Shown: positions 56,304 to 64,000 of the stretch, one piece after another
How positions within the stretch are numbered: position 1 is the first letter of the stretch
Layout of the letters: each line of letters begins with the position of its first letter
DNA from: an uncultured Acidobacteriaceae bacterium
GTDB taxonomy: Bacteria > Acidobacteriota > Terriglobia > Terriglobales > Acidobacteriaceae
Length of the DNA stretch: 64,000 nt
Reading direction: 5' to 3'
Assembly (NCBI GenBank): GCA_963763975.1
Contig: CAVXQR010000016.1
Coordinates: 240,442-304,441 of the forward strand
The notes under the pieces: generated by a model
What the model saw: only the letters and a program-made list of their open reading frames with translations
Told to the model about the DNA's origin: nothing
Database searches by the model: none
Translations under genes and position numbers: made by a program

Positions 56304-56843
56304 TTAGATTTCTTTGCGCATGCGCTGTTTGAGGCGGTTGATCTTGGTGGAAACGTTGGTCGGCGTGATGCCGAGAATCTCGGCGATCTCCCGCTGGCTG
56401 CGGTCTTCCAGATACAGCAGCAGCAGAGCGCGATCCAGCGGCGCCTGCCGATCAATAAAACTTTGCAGACGCTGCACGCGATCGCCGGCAACGGGGTCGG
56501 GAGCGCTTCCCGCGGTGTCGTGCAAGCTCTCGTCAAACGGCACCGAGACCTGGCGACGGCGAACCTCCTGCCGGACAAAGCTGATGGCCACGTTCAGCGC
56601 AATGCGGTACATCCAGGTGGTGAAGGGGCGCGCCGCATCGTAACGCGGCCACGCCCGCCAAAGCTGCGCGGCGATCTCCTGCACCAGGTCGGCGCGGTCC
56701 TCGGCATGCCAGCAATAGGTGTTAGCCACCTTGAACACGATGCCCTGGTTCGTCTCCAGGAGCGTTTCGAACTGTTGCCGGCGCGGCTCGTCCATGGCGA
56801 TCTCGGGATCCTCAATGCCGACCGAAGTAAGGGTTGCGTCCAC
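56304..56843 (-). CDS. RNA polymerase sigma-70 factor, ECF subfamily
   Basis: Region 2 (LVQEIAAQLWRAWPRYD...FTTWMYRIALN) and region 4 (SQREIAEILGITPTNVSTKINRLKQRMRKEI). Confidence 0.85.
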   Translation of the reverse strand: MDATLTSVGIEDPEIAMDEPRRQQFETLLETNQGIVFKVANTYCWHAEDRADLVQEIAAQLWRAWPRYDAARPFTTWMYRIALNVAISFVRQEVRRRQVSVPFDESLHDTAGSAPDPVAGDRVQRLQSFIDRQAPLDRALLLLYLEDRSQREIAEILGITPTNVSTKINRLKQRMRKEI

Positions 56844-56937
56844 TGTGCGTCACCTTTCAACCCAATGGTTCGCTGCGGGCGGAAAGATGTCACACGGCGG
56901 AGAGGATTTTTCCTGGATGAGGGTATATCAGGTAAAG

Positions 56938-56973
56938 AAGTTGTCGGTTGTCAGTTGTCGGTTGTCGGTAAGA
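56938..56973. repeat. 7-nt array (GTTGTCG-type) upstream of the ECF sigma operon
   Basis: aagttgt cggttgt cagttgt cggttgt cggtaag. Confidence 0.7.
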
Positions 56974-57371
56974 AAAGTCCCCAGAGGGAAATGAGGGTGA
57001 CCTATGGAGGTGCCAGTCGGGGCTGAGGGGAAATCGGGTGAAACACGACTGCAGGCGGAACCTACGTCAGAAAAGAAAAGTGGCGGAACTCTGTCCAGAA
57101 GCGCAGCGCCCAGTTGCACATCCAGAAGACCTTGCGGCCCAAGAATTCCGCCGACTCACGGACGACAGTGCGGTGGTTCGACCGGCACCTGCCTTCCTGC
57201 GCGCCGCTCTGCTGAAGCAGCGCTCAAACTTAATGAATGCATTCTTACATCGCGCCGCTGCGGCTGATATACCCCGTCCGCCGTATCCGGCCTACAACTT
57301 CGGTTGTAGAAGCGTCCGCCCCGACCCGAAGCGCGATCGGAGCGGACCATCCATGGACTGACTCGCGCTTA

Positions 57372-59671
57372 CACCGTGGCCGCCACAGCTTTTGCCGCCT
57401 TGCCGGCCAGCGGCGCGCTGCATTCCTGCGCGTCGACAACGGCAATGGTGGTCATGTTGACGATGTCCTCGACCTCCACACCCTTCTGCAGCAGGTGTAC
57501 CGGCTTGGCCATACCCGCCAGGATCGGGCCGACGGTTTCCGCCCCTGCCGATGGTCGCCAGCAGCTTGCAGGCGATGTTGGACGATTGCAGGTCGGGGAA
57601 AATCAGCACATTGGCTCCGCCCTTCAGCGCGGAGAACGGGAAAGCGGCTTCCAGACGCTGAGGATTGACGGCGATGTCGCCCTGGATTTCGCCGTCCACG
57701 ATGAGCGAAGGATCGGCGTAGCGTGCCAGTTCGGCGGCGCGCCGCATCTTCTCGCACTGCGGATGCTTGGTGCTGCCGAAGCTGGAGAACGACAACATGG
57801 CCACGTGCGGTTCAACGTTGAAGCGGCGGGCTTCCTGCGCGGCGCACAAAGCGATCTCCGCCAGGTCTTCCGCCGTGGGCTCGATGTTCACCGTGGCATC
57901 GGCCAGGAAGTACAGGTCGCCCTTGCGGGTGATGACCAGGTACACGCCCGACACCTTGTGGATGCCTTCGCGGACGCCGATGACCTGCAATGCCGGACGA
58001 ATGGTTTCGGGATAATTCTGGGTTACGCCAGCCACGATAGCGTCGGCATCGCCCATGCGGACCATCATGGAGCCGAAGATGTTGCGGTCGTTCATCATCT
58101 CGTCGGCTGCGCCCAGGGTGACCCCGCGGCGCTGACGGAGCCGGTAGAACTCGCGCACGTAATCCTGGCGGCGGGCCGCGGTTTCCGGCTCAACGATGAT
58201 CGCCTGGTCGAGGCAGATGCCCAACTCGGCGGCGTTGCGCTGGATTTCGTTGGTCCGTCCCAACAGCACGGGAATGGCAATCTTCTCTTCGATCAGCACA
58301 TGGCAGGCGCGCAGGATCTTCTGGTGCGAGCCTTCGGGAAAGACCACACGCTTGGGATCGGCCTGCGCCTTGTGGACCATCAGGCGCATCAACTCGTGGG
58401 CTTTGCCCAGCCGCGTCTCCAGTTGCTCGCGATACTCGTCGAGATTCACCGGGGTGCGGGCCACGCCGGTATCCATGGCGGCCTTGGCCACGGCCGCAGG
58501 CTTCCCACACCAGCACGCGCGGATCGAATGGCTTGGGGATGATGTAATCCACGCCGAACTTCAGGGTCTCGACGCCATAGGCGCGGCAGACCGAGTCGGG
58601 CACGTCTTCCTTGGCCAGCGCCGCCAGGGCGTAGGTAGCCGCCAGCTTCATCTCTTCGTTGATGCTGGTAGCATGCACGTCGAGCGCGCCGCGGAAGATG
58701 AAGGGGAATCCCAGCACGTTGTTCACCTGGTTGGGATAGTCGGAGCGGCCGGTCGCCATGATGATGTCGTCGCGCACCGCGCGGGCATCGTCGTAGGTAA
58801 TCTCGGGATCGGGATTGGCCATGGCGAACACCACCGGCCGCGGCGCCAGCGAGCGAATCATGTCCTGGGTGAACGCGCCCTTCTTGGAGAGGCCCAGCAG
58901 CACATCGGCGCCCGTGGCAGCGTCCGCCAGAGTACGCATGGTGGTCTCTTTGGCGAAGCGCTCCTTGTAGGGATTCATGCCTTCTTTGCGGCCTTTGTAA
59001 ACCACGCCCTTGGTGTCGACCAGGGTGATGTTCTCGCGCTTCACGCCCATGCAGACGTAGTGCTCGGCACAGGCGATGCCGGACGCGCCGGCTCCGTTGA
59101 CCACCACCTTGATCTGCTCCAGCTTCTTGCCGGTCAACTCAACCGAATTGGCCAGGGCAGCGCCCGAGATGATGGCGGTGCCGTGCTGATCGTCATGGAA
59201 GACCGGGATCTTCATGGTCTTCTTCAGGGTTTCCTCGATGTAGAAGCACTCGGGAGCCTTGATGTCTTCCAGGTTGATGCCGCCAAAGGTGGGTTCAAGC
59301 AACTGGCAGGCCCTGATGATTTCGTCGGGATTTTTGGTGTCGAGCTCGATGTCGAAGACGTCAATGTCGGCGAATCTCTTGAACAGGACGCCTTTGCCTT
59401 CCATCACCGGCTTGCCGGCGAGCGCGCCGATGTCGCCCAGTCCGAGCACCGCGGTCCCGTTGGTGACTACCGCTACCAGGTTCCCCTTGGCGGTGTACTT
59501 GAATGCGTCGTTGGGATTCTTTTCGATCTCCAGGCATGGGTCAGCAACGCCCGGCGTGTAGGCCAGGCTGAGATCGCGCTGCGTGCGACACGGCTTGGTG
59601 GACACGACTTCTATCTTGCCCGGCCGTTTCCCCTGGTGGTAGTCGAGTGCATCCTGCTTGGTGATAGACAT
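57372..59671 (-). CDS. maeB: NADP-dependent malic enzyme (malic enzyme plus PTA-like domains), interrupted by two 1-nt indels (~58497, ~57546)
   Basis: [22 protein letters not shown]... malic domain to DPRVLVW; [21 protein letters not shown]... PTA domain to KLLATIG; C-terminus [41 protein letters not shown] in a third frame. Confidence 0.85.
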
Positions 59672-59897
59672 TACGGCCTCCAGAATATGAATCGTCGAAA
59701 TATGAGTGCGGCGAGAACGCTCCAGCGCGGCAGGTTAGCAAAAGGGATAGAGGTGCGACGTGAAAGTACCGTGAAATCGGAAATCCCCAGGAACACACCG
59801 CTGCCGGGCCGGAGTCGGCTCCGGTATTGAGCATGTGCTTCTTATTGCCGCAGCAATAGTGCGGGGGTCACAGGAGGGTGTGATGGAGGACACCGGA

Positions 59898-59929
59898 GTA
59901 GTGGATAGTGGGTAGTGGATAGTGGATAG
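59898..59929. repeat. 7-nt array (ATAGTGG-type) upstream of the four-helix-bundle gene
   Basis: gtagtgg atagtgg gtagtgg atagtgg ataga. Confidence 0.7.
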
Positions 59930-59955
59930 AAAACGGGTGCAGAGGACCGAGACTT

Positions 59956-60345
59956 GTGACTAATGGCACAGTAAATAGTTATCGCGATCTGATTGCTTGG
60001 CAGAAAGCCGTGGATTCTGTGGTCAACGTTTATTCGGCGACCGAGTCGTTTCCTCGTGACGAGGTTTTCGGCCTAAGGAGCCAGATGCGACGCTGCGCCG
60101 TATCGGTGCCCAGCAACATTGCCGAAGGCCAAGGGCGCTCGACCAAAGGTGAGTTCATTCTGTTTCTCGGCCACGCGCGAGGGTCGCTGTTTGAATTGGA
60201 AACGCAGGCGCTCATTGCCGCGAGGCTGGGGTACATCCATGCGGACACAGTCCAAACTTTGACGGACGGCGCAGCAGAAGTTGCGCGCATCGTCAATGGG
60301 CTGCTGACCTCACTCGGGGTCTCGAGTCATGCAAGGTCCAAATGA
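59956..60345 (+). CDS. Four-helix-bundle protein of the 23S rRNA intervening-sequence / Avd-like family
   Basis: 129 aa; YRDLIAWQKAVDSVVNVYSATESFPRDEVFGLRSQMRRCAVSVPSNIAEGQGRSTKGEFILFLGHARGSLFELETQ matches TIGR02436-type IVS proteins. Confidence 0.7.
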   Translation: MTNGTVNSYRDLIAWQKAVDSVVNVYSATESFPRDEVFGLRSQMRRCAVSVPSNIAEGQGRSTKGEFILFLGHARGSLFELETQALIAARLGYIHADTVQTLTDGAAEVARIVNGLLTSLGVSSHARSK

Positions 60346-60360
60346 GGCGCCCTTCGGCTC

Positions 60361-60405
60361 TATCCACTATCCACTACCCACTATCCACTACCCACTATCC
60401 ACTGA
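60361..60405. repeat. 7-nt array (CTATCCA-type) between the four-helix-bundle gene and the nupC stop; last unit overlaps the nupC stop codon
   Basis: ctatcca ctatcca ctaccca ctatcca ctaccca ctatcca ctga. Confidence 0.75.
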
Positions 60406-61642
60406 TGAGTATTCCCACGATCGCCGCCGAGAGCAGATTCGCCATGGTTCCGGCGATCATGGCGCGGAAGCCGAGCTTAGCCAGGTCATGGCGGCGGGTG
60501 GGCGCCAGGCTGCTAAGGCCGCCAATCACGATGCCAATGGAGGCAAGGTTGGCAAAGCCGCACAGCGCAAACGTCGCGATGGTGAACGAGCGCGGCTCCA
60601 GCGCAGCTTTCTGCCCGGTCAGCATGGTGTAGGCCACCAGTTCGTTCAGCACCATGCGCGTGCCCAGCAAATTGCCGATGGCCAGGCAGTCGTGCCACGG
60701 AATGCCGATGAGCAATGCCACCGGCGCGAAGATCACGCCGAAGATGGTCTCCAGCTTGGCGGGAAACCAGCGGAAGCCGTGCGCCGCCAGGAGATTGTGG
60801 GTGCCGCCAAGCACGCCGTCCATGAGGGCGATGATGGCGAGAAACGAAATCAGCATGGCGGCCACATTCAGAGCGAGAAACAAGCCGTCGGTGGTGCCTT
60901 TGGTGGCAGCGTCCAGCACATTGGCCGGCCGCTCTTCCAGTTCGGCGACGTTGATGTGCACCGCGCCGGCGGTCAGCGGCTTCTCCGTCTCCGGCACCAG
61001 CATTTTGGCGATGAGAATTGTCCCGGGCGCAGTCATGATCACCGCCGTCAGCAGGTGCCGCGCCTCGATACCGAGCAGGATGTACGCCCCCAGCATGGCG
61101 CCGGAGACATGTGCCATGCCGCTGGTCATGATGGTCATCAGCTCGGAGCGAGTGACCTTGGGCAGGAAAGGCCGGATGGTCAGCGGCGCTTCGGTGATGC
61201 CCATGAAGATGCTGGCGGCCACGTTCAGCGACTCCACGCCGCTGGCGCCCATGAACTTCATCATCACCTTCGCCAGTTGGCGAATGATGAATTGCATCAC
61301 GCCGTAGTAATACAGGATGGAGAAAAACGCGGCGATAAAGATGATGATGGGCAGCACCTGAAAGGCGAAGACGATGCCGAACTTCGACGCCTTCGCGCCC
61401 AGCTCGCCGAAGACAAATTGCGAGCCGGCAAACGAGTAGCTAAGCAGCCGGTCCACGGCGTCGCCGGCTGCGGTCATCACCCGCACGCCCAGTCCCACGC
61501 GCAGCACCAGCACCGCAAACAGGAACTGCAGCGTCAGGCCGACCACGATGGTCTGCACCCGAATGGCTTTGCGATTGGTGGAGAAGATGTACGCGAGTAG
61601 CAGAATGACAGCGATGCCTAGCACGCCGGTCAGACGCGACAT
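60395..61642 (-). CDS. nupC: Concentrative nucleoside transporter (NupC/CNT family)
   Basis: Start MSRLTGVLGIAVILLLAYIF; multi-TM; CNT motifs (GITEAP, MTSGMAHVSG). Confidence 0.85.
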   Translation of the reverse strand: MSRLTGVLGIAVILLLAYIFSTNRKAIRVQTIVVGLTLQFLFAVLVLRVGLGVRVMTAAGDAVDRLLSYSFAGSQFVFGELGAKASKFGIVFAFQVLPIIIFIAAFFSILYYYGVMQFIIRQLAKVMMKFMGASGVESLNVAASIFMGITEAPLTIRPFLPKVTRSELMTIMTSGMAHVSGAMLGAYILLGIEARHLLTAVIMTAPGTILIAKMLVPETEKPLTAGAVHINVAELEERPANVLDAATKGTTDGLFLALNVAAMLISFLAIIALMDGVLGGTHNLLAAHGFRWFPAKLETIFGVIFAPVALLIGIPWHDCLAIGNLLGTRMVLNELVAYTMLTGQKAALEPRSFTIATFALCGFANLASIGIVIGGLSSLAPTRRHDLAKLGFRAMIAGTMANLLSAAIVGILISG

Positions 61643-61667
61643 GCCGACTCCTGCCGCGGGGCTCGCA

Positions 61668-62399
<732 letters not shown>

Positions 62400-62413
62400 G
62401 CGTTCCTGCGATT

Positions 62414-62956
62414 TTACGCCGGATTGCTACTGCTCAAAACACAAATGTCAGGCAAATTTCGGTAGCGCTCGGCGAAGTCCAATCCATAGCCGACCACGAA
62501 CTCGTCGGGAATCTCGAATCCGACATAATCGGCCTGCACCGGCTGCACCCGCCGCGAAGTTTTATCCAGAAGCGCAGCCACGCGCAGCGTCTTCGGCCCG
62601 CGGCCGTCAAACTGCTGCTTCAGGAAGCTCAGGGTCACTCCGGTGTCGAGGATGTCCTCCACCAGGATGACATTCTTGCCCTCCAGGGGATGGTCCACGT
62701 CCTTCATCAGCCGCACGCTGCCGGTGCTCTCTTTGCCTTTGCCATAGCTGGATGCCGCCACAAAGTCGAAGCTGACGTCGAGCTGGATCTGCCGCGCCAG
62801 GTCGGCAAGGAAGATGGCCGCGCCCTTCAGCACGCCAATCAGCAGTACCGGCTCATCGCGGAAGTCGGCGGTGATACACGCGCCCATCTCCGCCACCTTG
62901 GCGGCGATCTCCTGGCGCGAGAGCAGCACCCTCAGCTTGTCCTCTGCATGCCCCAT
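62414..62956 (-). CDS. hpt: Hypoxanthine phosphoribosyltransferase
   Basis: VLLIGVLKGAAIFLADL, VILVEDILDTGVTL PRPP-binding motif; 180 aa. Confidence 0.9.
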   Translation of the reverse strand: MGHAEDKLRVLLSRQEIAAKVAEMGACITADFRDEPVLLIGVLKGAAIFLADLARQIQLDVSFDFVAASSYGKGKESTGSVRLMKDVDHPLEGKNVILVEDILDTGVTLSFLKQQFDGRGPKTLRVAALLDKTSRRVQPVQADYVGFEIPDEFVVGYGLDFAERYRNLPDICVLSSSNPA

Positions 62957-63129
62957 GGGAAGCCTAGCTTGATGAACCTGGATGGTAGAGGAAGCATGGC
63001 GGGAAACTCAACTGAACTGTTGACATCGGGAAAGGGTCTTATACCATCATGCAGATACCGGCAGTCGAGATTTGGCCAGACGTCAGGTCCACGGCACCGG
63101 ACTGCCTGCTCGACGGGAAAGGCACCAGC

Positions 63130-64000
63130 ATGGTTCGTGCATTGCGCCTGCAAGCTTTGGTAGCGGTCATGATGCTGGCGGCGACGCTGGCCACAGCGCA
63201 GCCTCCCGCCCCCGCAGGCATCAGTGACGAAGCCCGCACCGGTCGATATTTCGAGACTGTGCGCAAGAATCCCAATCTGCTGCTGGCCTTCCTGCGGGAG
63301 ATGCCCAAGGGCGGCGACCTGCACAATCACCTTACCGGCTCCGTCTATGCCGAATCGCTGATCCGCTGGGCCGCTGAAGACGGCTCCTGTGTCACCCCGC
63401 AGATGGTGCTCACTCCGCCACCCTGCCGGGGCGCGAGCAACTCGCAGCCGGCGGTCAACGCGCTCACCAATCAGCCGCTTTATAACGACATGGTGGACGC
63501 CTTCTCCATGCGCAACTGGCAGTATTCGGGTCAGTCCGGCCACGATCATTTCTTCGCCAGCTTCGATAAGTTCCATTCGGTGACCAAAGCTAACCTGGGA
63601 CGGGCGCTGGCGGAAACCGCGGCCCGCGCCGGCTCGCAGCACGAGGTGTATCAGGAGCTGATGTACCCCGCCGGCGGCGACGATCTGGACGAGTTGGTGA
63701 AGAAGAGCGACTGGACCGAAGCTTTCGCCAACCAGTCCACCTTTGAGGATGGCTTTGCGCGCTATCGCAAGAAGCTGATGGACAATGGCATGGCGCAGGT
63801 GGTGGCCGCGGCGCGCAAGGAGCTGGACGCCAACGAGACCACCCGCAACGCCACCCTGCGTTGCGGCACCCAGCAGGCCGACGCCGGCTGCCATGTGTTC
63901 CAGCGCTTCCTCTACCAGGTGGCGCGCGGCGTACCCAAGGAACTGGTCTTCGGACAGCTCCTGATGGCGTTCGAACTGGCAACCGTGGACCCACGCTTCG
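63130..64000 (+). CDS. Secreted adenosine deaminase-family protein, 5' partial (runs off window end)
   Basis: Signal peptide MVRALRLQALVAVMMLAATLATAQ; GDLHNHLTGS metal-binding motif of adenosine/AMP deaminase superfamily. Confidence 0.65.
   Translation, partial: MVRALRLQALVAVMMLAATLATAQPPAPAGISDEARTGRYFETVRKNPNLLLAFLREMPKGGDLHNHLTGSVYAESLIRWAAEDGSCVTPQMVLTPPPCRGASNSQPAVNALTNQPLYNDMVDAFSMRNWQYSGQSGHDHFFASFDKFHSVTKANLGRALAETAARAGSQHEVYQELMYPAGGDDLDELVKKSDWTEAFANQSTFEDGFARYRKKLMDNGMAQVVAAARKELDANETTRNATLRCGTQQADAGCHVFQRFLYQVARGVPKELVFGQLLMAFELATVDPRF

Noticed and set aside
59956-60345. A diversity-generating retroelement inferred from the Avd-like four-helix-bundle gene
   Set aside because: No reverse transcriptase and no template/variable repeat pair is visible within the window. 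It is kept only as a low-confidence lead.

Overview
This is a high-GC bacterial chromosomal segment with about 55 protein genes and one tRNA. Its taxonomic origin cannot be computed here; PEP-CTERM, GloVer and YVTN repeat proteins plus a membrane H+-pyrophosphatase suggest an Acidobacteria-like soil bacterium, by inference only.

Gene content:
- Housekeeping genes are ffh, rho-rpoZ, recO-glyQ-glyS, rnhB, ppdK, maeB, comM/yifB, hppA, msrA, mmsB-like and mscS.
- A nucleoside-salvage operon, hpt-deoC-nupC, sits beside a secreted adenosine deaminase.
- Several large secreted repeat proteins are present: a G8/beta-helix protein, a YVTN beta-propeller protein, two GloVer proteins, a small PEP-CTERM protein, an S74-chaperone tail-fibre-like protein and an ankyrin protein.
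- An XRE-NfeD-flotillin-PspA membrane-stress cluster is present.
- Type II toxin-antitoxin loci are vapBC (two copies), phd-vapC, hicBA and a nucleotidyltransferase cassette.

Three further things stand out:
- At least 14 intergenic or intercistronic tandem arrays of 7-nt units, from several sequence families, are scattered through the window; one has expanded in-frame inside glyQ. REP-like hairpin families and a roughly 150-nt composite repeat accompany them.
- About 17 homopolymer-type frameshifts split otherwise conserved genes. ppdK has at least 6, maeB 2, flotillin 2, and comM, vapC and others 1 each. This looks more like sequencing indel error than biology, so these gene models need care.
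- A low-GC island of two hypothetical genes lies next to comM.

All coordinates were worked out by hand and may be off by a few nucleotides.
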